A stretch of DNA of 64,000 nucleotides from Dipteris shenzhenensis. Taxonomy: Eukaryota. Under the pieces are notes generated by a model. It saw only the letters and a program-made list of their open reading frames with translations. It searched no databases and was not told where the DNA came from. The stretch lies in the NCBI GenBank assembly GCA_047967505.1, contig CM106538.1. One strand, given 5' to 3'. Numbering within the stretch: position 1 is the first letter of the stretch; each line of letters begins with the position of its first letter. A program made the translations under genes and the position numbers. This document shows positions 49,901 to 61,329 of this stretch, piece after piece.

Positions 49901-52160
49901 TTCACTCACCAATGGTGGCCAAATGGCAGTAGTTTCATTGTGTGGACCAAGTCTTGCTTCTTCAATTCCACCTCACTGATCCACAATAATGAAGCAACAC
50001 AGCAAGGCAAACCGGAAGCCGTAGCCACCACCAACACCCCACCAAAAGTCCTAGCTCAAAGGGGAAAGAAAGTTAGCTACAATGGTAAACCAGTGCCATT
50101 GCCCGCTCCACTGATGTCACCATCGTCCGCTCAGGAAATCCGTGAGTAGCAAGTACAAAATTCTATCCTCTGTGCCCAACATCACTTCGATCGGACCCAA
50201 CTCCCAAAGGATGTCAAATCAACAAGGCAGGCCCCGGTCGCCCCAAGGATGCCTTGTCCGAGGCCACCCATTACTAGAAGAAAACCACACTGCTAGCCTG
50301 CACCCCCACCTCATCCACCACCACACCACCCCACCAATAGCACGGTCAACCAACCACTTGGCTGGCCAAGGCAAGAAGGTTGCCTGGGAAGTCAACAGTG
50401 CAAACCTTGAAGGTCTTGAAGGCAACACCACAAGAACTTGTCTCCTCGAGATACAACACCACAAGAACCTATCAATGAACCAAATTAAGCACACTATCCC
50501 CAAGGTACCGAGTATGCACTAGTACCACACGGATGGTCTGACTCAACACAAGTGTGACCCCAAATAGCTAGGGAGTGCCATAGAATTGACCCCTCCCCTA
50601 TGAGGAGTTCCACAATAACCTCCCTCTAGGGATAAACACACGAAAGAAATGGCAGACATACCCCCTCGGACGGTACCGTTCTACTCAAGGAAGCAAGGGT
50701 CTGCACCAAGGGTGAACTCATGAAAACTCACTTCTTCCAAGAAGACAGACCACACTGCAACAACTAAGCCCAGTGCAAATGTGCCCCTGGCATCCAAGGT
50801 AAAAAACAAACTGGACACTTACTCTACATGGCTTCTTACATGCTATGCAAAAGCCGCATTCCTCATAATCATCGAGTCTAGGTCTAGGTGAGTCAATATG
50901 GTAGGCATCTCACCCGATGCACCCACAGCCCACTAGTCCCTACCGAACATACCACACACCCACAGTTAGCACTAAGTGATTAGGATCAGCTGTCCATTTT
51001 TGCATTTGTTCATCATCTTGCATGCTGACCTCACAATCATGCCTACACCACACAAGTGCACTCTACTCACTCACTCTTTCCTCCCCCCCCACACTCTCTC
51101 CTTCTTTTACTCCTTTACATAGCCAGTATCCTGTTGGCCGTCACCATAGAGGTATCCCACCGACTGTCATGATCCCAACATCCCACCGACCACCACCATA
51201 CCCAAATCACACCGATCATTGCCATAGAGGTATCCTGCCAACTGTCACGATCCCAACATCCCGTCAGTTGTCGCCCAAGAAGTATTCCACTGGTTGATGC
51301 CAAAGAAAGACCCCATCGCCATTGTCAGATCGCACCAACTGTCGCTATCTATTTACCTCACCGATCGTCACTATACCCATATCCTGCCGATCGTGGGGAT
51401 GTAAAATCTATATAAATAGGCCTATCCCATCGGGTTGTCACCGTAGCAGTTGCCCCCAAACTCTTGCAAAATTTGCCCAAAATTCTAACAATTTCCTACT
51501 CTCTTCCACTACCATCTAAATAGCTTGTTTATGTCCTCTCTGTCTTCCTCATCCACCGACTCCCTCGTCACTCAACTACCATCCCTCTTTTCGATGGATC
51601 CCGAACGCGAGTTCTTTGAGTTTGAATCAAATTTGGGACTCCACCCTTGCCCTATCCTAGAAGCCACTAGCCCCTTGAACTCCCAAAGCACTCCATCTTC
51701 CACAATCCGCATGCCTTCCAAGATCCCCTTGGAAGACTTGCAAGGAGAAGAAGAGACATCCACCACCAAGCAGGCCACTCAAGAGGGTACCCCCATAGCA
51801 GGCACGCCTCCCTTGAGATCAAGAAAGCACACCTTAGTGCCATCAACAGGTGAGTACAAGGTCATGCACTCCCAAGCACACTCACCACTTGGAGAAGCAT
51901 GGCTCCAAGAACTAGATGCTTGCATTGTACACTCGTGCTTTGCATATGAGGGTCACAACTACACCCTCCACTACCATATAGTAGCAGCATATGCCGCACT
52001 AAAGGTGCCATTGATCGAGGAGGCACTCAAAATTACCGGCATGAGCAAAGTGGCAGAACACCTCCCATGTCACCTGGACATGAAGCTACTAGCAGAATTC
52101 CTCCAGGCATACAATAGCAAGACCAGCGTTGGTGTCTTGTGAGATGCAACAGGCAATCCC

Positions 52161-55100
52161 TGTTGAGATATCGAGCTCCACTCGCGATATGCCAAGGTGA
52201 CTATTGTGCATTTATGTCACCGATTTGTTAGCTGGAGATGCGGTTGGTACACCGCCCACGAATAATAGCTGGATGATAGCTATCCTTATCTACACTAGTT
52301 CGTGGCTCAGTTAGTATGCCACCTTAGTTAGTTGAGTTTGGTTTGAGACCCACATATAGGGTTCTTCTATTTCTTTGTACCAGAGTTCTTTTGGCTTTCA
52401 CAACTAAGAAGAGGAAAACTGTTTTCAGCCTCCACCTTTGTGTGTATTCCCCCATTGTGATTGTGAGAAAGCCTCAAGTGAGACTCCTTCCCTCTCTCCC
52501 ACTATCTTCACATGGTATCAGAGCCTTGTTCGTGGTAAGGAGCTCAAGAAAGCAAGCCAAGTTCGTGGTGTCCTGGTAAGAGGACCAGTGTTGCTTTCCT
52601 ATTTCGAGTTTGGGAGCAAATCTCTGTAGGTAGCACAGCCAGAAGTGCACGAGTGCACTGTTTCAGATTGAGACGCCCTTTGCGGTGTGGCGAGAGCGCA
52701 ATATATGCTGCGGGCAAGGGCGAAGCCCTTAGTGACTTTATTTTTCTGATTTGAGGCCGTTTCGGGGCCCGTTTTGGAGACGGAAGTTCTCCGCAGGCAC
52801 TCAAAAAAAGGCCCTAATTTTGCTGTGTGACCACTGTTCTGCGGGTCGGTGAAAAGTTACCGCAGAAATTGCATCATATGCCTTTGTGCAGAGATATTGG
52901 GGGTTGCAGATTCAAGCCTGTTGCTTGTTGATGCAAAATCGTCACTAGGAAGTGACTGCGTGGTGAAATACCACTTTCGTCAGTTTTGTAGTTCTGCCCG
53001 TGTGAGGCAAAAGCTGTGTTTTTTGCAGTGACAGAATATTTTGCAGTGTTGTGTAATGGCATCTGATTCTCTTTCACAAATTGTCACTGAAAAGCTTGAC
53101 AAGAACAACTTTTAGGCATGGAAGTTTAGAATGACGAATTTCTTGATGGGAAAAGGCTATTGGGAGTTCATTACAGAAAATGAAGAAGAACCTTTTCTTC
53201 CTAATGTTCCCAGTGAACAGGAAATGCAGGCATTTAAAGGATGGCATGAGAGAGCCAGGAAAGTTATGTACTGGCTATCTATTAGTATTTCGGACTCCAT
53301 GATTGTGCATATTCAGGATGCAAGTACGCCAAAGGAGGCATGGGATACTTTGGCAAAAATGTACAGCACAAATACGCAAGCCAGGAAAATGCAACTCAAA
53401 CAGGAGTTGCACAATGTGCAGAGAGAAAATTTGAGCATAAATGACTACCACATGAAAGTGAAGAAAATTGCAGATGCACTTGCTTCCATTGGGTCGCCAG
53501 TGGATGATGATGATTTGGTTTCTGTGACCTTGAATGGTCTAGGAAAGGATTATGCACAGTTTCGGACATCCATTGCCGTCCATGAAAAATTTCCTAATTT
53601 TGAGGAGCTGATTGCTCTTCTAATTTCTGAAAAGCAGAGAAATGGTGGTGCATCTTCTTCAGCAGGAACTTCAAAAGAAATTGTCTTCTACTCAAATGCT
53701 GGTAGAGGTAGAGGCAGAGGTAGAGGAGGCCGATCTACAGGACATGGTAGAAATCAAAATATGCAGCAAATGCAAGAAAACAAGTCCTATGGAGGAGGAC
53801 GTGGTAACTCTAGAGGCAGGGGGAGTCAAAGAGGCCGTGGTGGATGGCAGAGAGGCCAAAATGCAAATAGCAATGTTGAATGCTACTATTGTGGCAAAAT
53901 GGGTCATATGGCTAAGGACTGCTATAAAAAGCAGAATGACATTATGACTGGAAAATTGCAGCAAGGCAATTATGCATCTTCTAGTAGGCAGGGTGATGAC
54001 GGAAATGAGCATCTATTTATGGTGCAGCATATGACCAATTCTGTGACAAGTGCAGAAGAACAAAATGATGTGTGGTATGTTGACTCAGGTGCGTCAAACC
54101 ACATGACAGGTCATGCAGAATGGATGCAAGATGCAAGGAAAATGGAAAAGCCAGGATTTGTGGAGACTGGTGATGATACTGCACATCCTATTGTGTAGAT
54201 TGGCAAAATTCCTTTGTCTATGCAGGATGGGAAAAAGAAATACTTGTCTGATGTATTTCATGTCCCGAACATCACCAAGAACCTGGTTTCTATTGGTCAG
54301 ATGGTTGAGCAGGGCTTGCACGTCAGATTTAATCCTCATGGATGCTTTGTTGAGGATATGAAAAATAATGGTCGCTTGATAGCAAAAGGAAAGAAGAAGG
54401 GCAGGATGTTTACGTTGGATGCAGACATGCCTGAATTGAGTGCAGCAATGTTTGCACATGGGACCGGTGTAGTTGCAGATATTGATATCTGGCACAAACG
54501 CATTGGTCATGTTAATATACAGCGACTTAAATCAATGCAAACCCAAAATATTATTGCAGGATTGCCTAAATTCAAGGTTGCAGAAATGCACAAGGTTTGT
54601 GAAGCCTGTCAATTTGGGAAACAGGCAAGAAAACCTTTTCCTAGGCATGTTCAAGAGAGTAAAAAGCCATTGGAATTAATCCACTCTGATGTGTGGACTA
54701 CAAAAGCTGCATCTATTGGAGGCTGTCACTATTTTGTCACATTTATTGATGACTTCAGCAGAAAACTGTGGGTGTATTTTATAAAAAAGAAAAGTGAAGT
54801 GTTTGGGCACTTCAAAGCTTTCAAAGCTATGGTTGAAAAAGAAACAGGCCTGCAAATAAAATGCCTAAGGTCAGATGGAGGGGGAGAGTACCTCTCAAAT
54901 GAGTTTGCAAGGTTCTTGCAGGAGCATGGTATAAAGCAGCAATATTCATGCAGTCATACCCAACAGCAAAATGGAATTGCAGAAAGAAAAAACAGGCATA
55001 TTGGAGAGGTATCTCGGGCTATGCTAAATGAAAAAGATCTACCAGATTATTATTGGGCTCAAGCAGTTGCTACAGCAGTCTATATAATGAACAGGAATCC

Positions 55101-57710
55101 CACTGCAGCAATACATGGCATGACACCACAGGAGATGTATACTGGTAGGAAACCAGATATTTCTCATTTGAAAATTTTTGGTTGCATTGCCTATGTCCAT
55201 GTGCCAGATGAGTTGAGGTCCAAGTTGGATCCAAAAGGTGAGAAGTGTGTCTTTATTGGTTATTCTCTGCAGCAAAAAGGGTATAGATGCTATAACCCTT
55301 CTACACGTAAGTTCACAGTGAGCAGAGATGTTGTTTTTGATGAGATGAGCAGCTGGTATAAACCAGTAAATGTGATGATTGATGTAGATGCACAAAATGG
55401 TAATGCTGCACAGAATTCACAGCAGCAATCACAAAATATCAGTGGACCTGCAGTGTCCTCTAGCAGTGGTTCACATACTTCGCCATGGACAGGTAGATTG
55501 AGATCAGGAGAATCTCCTCAAAGCAATGTAGATAGTGGTACGCAGGTATCACGAAAAGGAAAAGAGAAGGTAGATCAGCCCATGTTTGATGTGAATGCAG
55601 GTCACTCTTGTGTGGATGGTGAATCCAGTGGCTCAGAACAGAGCATTGATGATGAGTTGGGTATTTCTTCTGTTGTTACACCTGAGTAAGGAAGACCAGG
55701 GATGTTTTGAGAGCACCTGGAAGTGAGCCTATTTTGCGTAGGTCTACCAGGGTTAGGTATCCTGTGGATAGGCTGAAATATGATGGATTTACAGCCATTC
55801 ACTATGCCTATATGGTCAAAGTGATACAGGAACTAGAACCCACTTCTTTTGAGCAAGCTATGGGAAATGAAAAATGGGAGAAAGCCATGGATGAAGAAAT
55901 GGATGCCTTGGATGCTAATGCTACATGGGAATTGGTGCCTTTGCCTAAAGGCAAGAATGCAATTGGCTGTAAGTGGGTTTATAAGATCAAGCACAATGCA
56001 GATGGTTCTGTGAATAGATACAAGGCAAGATTAGTTGTCAAGGGGTATGCACAGACATATGGCATTGATTATGAAGAAACTTTCAGCCCGGTTGCAAGGA
56101 TGGCAACCGTAAGAGCAGCCATTGCTATGGCTACATCAAAGGGATGGTCTTTACATCAGATGGATGTAAAGAATTCCTTCTTGCATGGTGATTTGCAAGA
56201 AGAGGTCTTTATGGAGCAGCCAGCAGGTTATGTTCATGCTATTCATCCTGAGTTTGTTTGCAGGTTGAAGAAAGCCTTGTATGGCTTGAAGCAAGCACCT
56301 AGAGCATGGTCTAACAAGATAGGACAGTATCTTGTAATTATTGGCTTTCAGATTTCCAAGGCAGATTTCTCACTCTATGTGAGAAAAACAGAGAAAGGGA
56401 TTATGCTGCTGGTCATTTATGTTGATGATTTGATCATCACAGGTGATAGTGATGAAGATATCCTTCATGTGAAAATGCTATTGAGGCAGAAGTTTGAGAT
56501 GAAGGATTTGGGAGAGCTGCGTTATTTCTTGGGCATTGAGGTGATTAGATCACCAAGTGGGATACAGCTCTTGCAGAGGCAGTATGGATTGGACGTGCTG
56601 TCCAAATATGGGATGACAGGTTGTAAGCCTATTTCAATTCCTTTAGAGTAGAATGTGAAGCTGAGCGCAGATGCAGGTGAGCTTCTGGAGGACCCTACTA
56701 TGTACAGACACATAGTAGGAAGTTTGATTTACATGACTATTACCAGGCCAGATTGCTGTTGGGTTGGTAAGTCAGTTTATGCAGGCTCCAAGGAAACCGC
56801 ATTTGGATGCGGCTAGACGCATACTCAGGTATGTGAAGTCCACATTGCAGTATGGACTATTTTATGAGGCTGGGGTTCAGATACAGTTGCATGGATACAC
56901 TGTGGTAGTATTTCTGATAGACAATCTACCAGTGGATATATGTTCTCTTTTGGGAGTGCTGCAGTCACTTGGAGCAGCAAGAAACAGCCTACAGTTGCCT
57001 TGTCGAGCACAGAGGCTGAGTACAGGGGTGCAGCAATGGCTGCATGTGAGGTAGCTTGGTTGCATAAGCTACTCTATGATGTGCATCAGTCTACAGATGG
57101 ACCGGTTGTCATCTATTGTGACAACATGAGCAGTATACATTTGGCAAAGAACCCAGTCTTTCATGCTAGAACAAAGCACATTGAGGTGCATTATCACTAT
57201 GTGCGGGAGAAGGTTTTACTAGGTCTTATTGATCTAGTTTATGTCAGCACAGAGGATCAGGTAGCTAACATATTCACGAAAGCATTGGGCGTAGAGAAGC
57301 TGCACAAGTTTAGAGACCTGCTTGGTGTGCAGTATTTGGGATTGAGCTCGAGGGGGAGTGTTGAGATATCGAGCTCCACTCGCGATATGCCAGGGTGACT
57401 GTTGTGCATTTATGTCACCGACTTGTTAGCTGGAGATGCGGTTGGTACACCGCCCATGAATAATAGCTGGATGACAGCTATCCTTATCTACACTAGTTCG
57501 TGGCTCAGTTAGTATGCCACCTTAGTTAGTTGAGTTTGGTTTGAGACCCACATATAGGGTTCTTCTATTTCTTTGTACCAGAGTTCTTTTGGCTTTCACA
57601 ACTAAGAAGAGGAAAACTGTTTTCAGCCTCCATTTTTGTGTGTATTCCCCCATTGTGATTGTGAGAAAGCCTCAAGTGAGACTCCTTCCCTCTCTCCCAC
57701 TATCTTCACA
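52161..57710 (+). mobile_element. Structurally complete Ty1/copia LTR retrotransposon (5550 bp); TSD ATCCC
   Basis: LTRs 52161-52512 and 57359-57710 (352 bp, TG..CA, 7 transition differences by eye); PBS TGGTATCAGAGC 52513-52524; PPT GAGGGGGAG 57350-57358; ATCCC at 52156-52160 and 57711-57715. Confidence 0.98.
53056..57398 (+). pseudogene. gag-pol: Copia gag-PR-INT-RT-RNase H polyprotein, inactivated
   Basis: All domains in copia order, including YVDD. In-frame TAG at ~53113, 54196 and 56649; frameshift at ~55684; 8-bp and 13-bp deletions near 56752 and 56902, the latter removing RNase H DADW. Confidence 0.97.
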
Positions 57711-59249
57711 ATCCCCACCTCTATCAAATCAATCAAGACATGGTACGGGTAGCCTTCAACCTACCGGTCGTTAGCAAAAAGTATTCCAAAAAGAAAAAGC
57801 TGGATGCCCTCAAAACGGTCTGAGTACGAGTAAAAAGCACCACGGCTTCCAATTCAGAGAAGAGATAATTTTTGAATCAAGAAAGCAGGTGGAATTTAAG
57901 AGAGTTGCATGTAACGACTTCCTAAGTGATAACGCGGCATGGAGCAGGCCTCAGCTCTTTTTCATTGATAAGATACCACCAACAAATATCTTGCAATGTA
58001 ATGATAGAATATCGCATACCACAATTACCAAAATGGGATTGTGCAATATTGTCGTATTTGTGAGTAAAGAAAATGAAGAAGTCATGCTGCATATTTTACA
58101 AAATTAGTATAGCAATGAGCTCAAAATATACATTGGTGTGTATGCAATGACAAAAGATAAAAGAGAATATGGCTTGAAGACACATACGTTTGAATCCTTC
58201 ATCATGCTCATGAAGACCATTGACCCAGACCTCCAAAGTAATGTAAGAGGTAGCACAAAGCACTTGCATCTCATGCTTGAAGAGCATGCCACTTCTAAAT
58301 ATCATCATCAAAAACCTCTTTACCATTCAAGTCCATCTAAAAGTGGTGGTCTGTTGCTTAATATGATGGGGAATTTTTACAACCGCATCGGGATGGGAGG
58401 TCACCTTGATTTGGATGGGATATTTGTTTGAGGATTTTTTTAAGAAAAGGATACTCCACAAATATCGTTGTGAGAAGGATGGAGATTGCAATATTACAGC
58501 ATCTAGATCTTCTAGATCATTGAAGAATAGTAGCTTCCTAGGGTGCTCATCAAGGATGTGGAGGGGTTTGCTTAACCAAGTTTGTGACTCTATGAGCATC
58601 TTAGATTTATTGAGCCACTTCATTTGCAGTGTGTTGACTTATGCTCTAAAGAAGTCCTATTCTTGAGCAAAAGTAGTTGTATCAAGCACTAATGGTAATG
58701 TTGTTGCCTCATCTTTTAAGTTGTTTGCATTGCCTATTCTTTGCCTTTCAGCATCCACAATATTTGCCTTTGATTTGTTACTATTGATGTTCATCACAAG
58801 TAGAGTGTTGCTCCTTATTTTAAGAAAAGGCTGGCCATCTCCTTGGTGAGATCAGGAGGTTGGAGCTCAAGATTACAATCACTCTATTTTGCTTTAATGT
58901 CATTGAAGAATATGATTTTGGGGGGATCCAACTGTTGGCACAATGTTGTAGGACATTGATGACTTTTGAAGCTTCAATGGTGAATTCCATCCTTACCTAT
59001 TAAAGCTATGGGATGTGCCTACCTCAAAAAAGGAGAGGATCTCTAGCACCACAAAGTCAAGGGGGGCATCAATTGGTAGATAGACAATGGCCTTCATGGC
59101 ACCACTTGTATTACTCAAAAAATGGAGCTAGAGCTACCTAAGGTGGTGACATCCCGATTGGATTCTGGCACTTGAGTGGTGGACTATCAAAGCTTGGCTG
59201 ATACTCAGTTGATATGTTCATTGAATTGAGGGTGAGAAAAATGGATGCG

Positions 59250-59900
59250 GTGCTCACAACAATCCAATTAACACACCTTCAAACAACCATAGTAAGCATG
59301 GGCATTGAGCAATCGAGTCGACCCTCACATCAATCCAAATGTTTGCTTGGTTATAAGAAGCAATGCCTTGGTTCTCCAAATTGAAATAAATCCATCAATA
59401 CATAGCTTGAGCTAGTGTTAGGGTCTACTTTGTGACTAGGACCAATGATTTTTTTTTCCAAATCTAGTGAAACAAACCTCAACAGCAAGATAGCAATAAA
59501 TGGAATTCAATAACTAACTTGACCATTATGCTTTCATGAGGGTCAAATTGGTCACAAGGACTTGTATTGTTTTCCTATTTCAAAAAGAAGCACAAGATAT
59601 TCATTAGGAGAGAGAGTGATCATGAGATCACAAAGGTCAAGGAATACTTAGAGAATGTTTGATACAAATGCATAAATTAACATGTCAAGATAGAGAGAAA
59701 CAAAGAGACAACAATGGTCCAAAAATACTAGGACAAGAAAGTAGCAACTCGCCATTTTAATGACTTCCACTGAGTACCAATCAATGAAGTTAAGTAATGA
59801 TGCTAGGGTGGTGTAGGTGGTAGAATATGGAAAGATAAGAGACAGGTGATAGATCCAAAGGTTAATATCATCCAAGCACACTACAATCTCGAACTTTGTC
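59250..59900 (-). mobile_element. Possible decayed LINE ORF1 remnant
   Basis: Weak: ID.EG..C..C..YG-like zinc-knuckle lead-in at ~59290-59340; heavily degenerate. Confidence 0.3.
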
Positions 59901-61329
59901 AGCTATGTAGGGCAAGACTAAGAGCTTTAGAAGGAATACTATCAAGAGTTGTTGAAATAAACAATCGAAGGTAGGAGATGAACCTACCATAAGTCTAGGA
60001 CTAAGAGAATATGAATAAATACTTGAGAGTTTGAAAGAAACAACCAAAGGTAGGAGAGGAAACTACCATGAATTAGAGGGAGGAGGGAAAAGATTGGATA
60101 TCAATGCACCAACTAATGCTTGTAATTTCCCACCATCAAAACATTATCTATAGCTCAAGAAATGAGCTGAGCTGTAGTCATCCAACTGGCTAATTACAAC
60201 CGTGCATTTATTGCAGCCTTACTTGTTGCAAGCGGTTACTCTATTTCAAATGCCTTATATTTTTCAAGACCTATGGGATTTCCTCGTACATAGACAACAC
60301 TATTTCCTTGATTTATTTGTGCTCAAAAACTCCTAGTTCATATTTGAAGTATGCCTTGCATTTGAAATGGATAGCATTAGTATCTTTGGTATAGAAAAAG
60401 AACTCGGTGTTATGGATAGTGATGCATCCTCCTTAACATATGTGCGAGAGACCTTTTTAGTGCCCTTCTTTAATGTGGATATTCATTCCTTAGAGCTTCA
60501 CCATCCTATAAGCATTGCAATGTTAAGCACACCCATCTCGATTCCTTGTGAGGTGTTGTCTTTAACAAATGAAAAGGAAGTCATAGGGGAGCATTGGTAA
60601 AAAAAAATGCAGTACCCTCTATAAATGCTCTCATAAGCAAGAGTGCAAAGTAAAAGAAAAGGATTTTTCATGCAATGAAAGTGGCAATGTGGGGAGTCTG
60701 AACTTGGATGAAATAGCATCTCATGATTCTACATTAGAATCTTGTGGCTCTTCCTTTATTATGCAATCAATTTCAGTGTTGTGTCTCTCACTACTACATC
60801 ACTAGACTCAAGTATACTCCAAATATGTGTGAGAAATAATGAACCTTTCTCAAGTTATTGAGCTTCTTGTTGTTTGATCTACCAGCCAGCCGATGAGAAA
60901 TAATATTTGATGCATGGAATGGAGAAAATGTTGATCCTTGGGATTGTTACACTATAACATTAATTGATACTTTCTCAAGTGACATTTGGGTCTCCTCATG
61001 TGAGGATTTTGTTTTTTTTTAAGCAGAAAAAAAGTGGTTGTATATTATTCATAAGTTATTACAAGTAGCTTCCATTTTCCCACACAAAGAGTTACAAAAA
61101 ATTTTCAAACATTTGATATCTATTGAGAATAGCAAAGTGGAGATAAGGGTATTAGATAACATGAGAGGTCACAGGCTGAGAGCATCAAAGAGAATGGACT
61201 CAAAGAGGTTCTTCCTTGACTTCAATATTTTGCCCATTTGTAGAGAGACGACTGCCTTCATTATTCCCATTCACTGAAATAGCAGAGCCTATTTCTCTTT
61301 TAGGAGAAGAAAAGGGAGGGGGTACAATG

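Larger units (their letters stand above)
51525..57822 (+). pseudogene. Extra 3' ORF of the gypsy element, split by the copia insertion (coding parts 51525-52160 and 57716-57822)
   Basis: 205-aa ORF ..LDMKLLAEFLQAYNSK..GVL*DATGNP rejoins in frame across TSD ATCCC to HLYQINQDMVRVAFNLP; TATATAAA at 51409-51416. Confidence 0.6.
36080..57830 (+). mobile_element. Large degenerate non-chromovirus-like Ty3/gypsy element hosting three nested insertions; 3' LTR not found
   Basis: Putative 5' LTR 36080-36884, gag, zinc knuckles, protease, RT lead-in (QPVFVA at ~47400), integrase GPY tail (49119-49380) and an extra 3' ORF. Flanks rejoin across both copia TSDs. Confidence 0.75.

Noticed and set aside
38957-57774. 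Recurrent 60-80 aa ORFs (RPTYRVLLFLCTRV..)
   Set aside because: Chance frames within copies of the same copia LTR, with non-ATG starts
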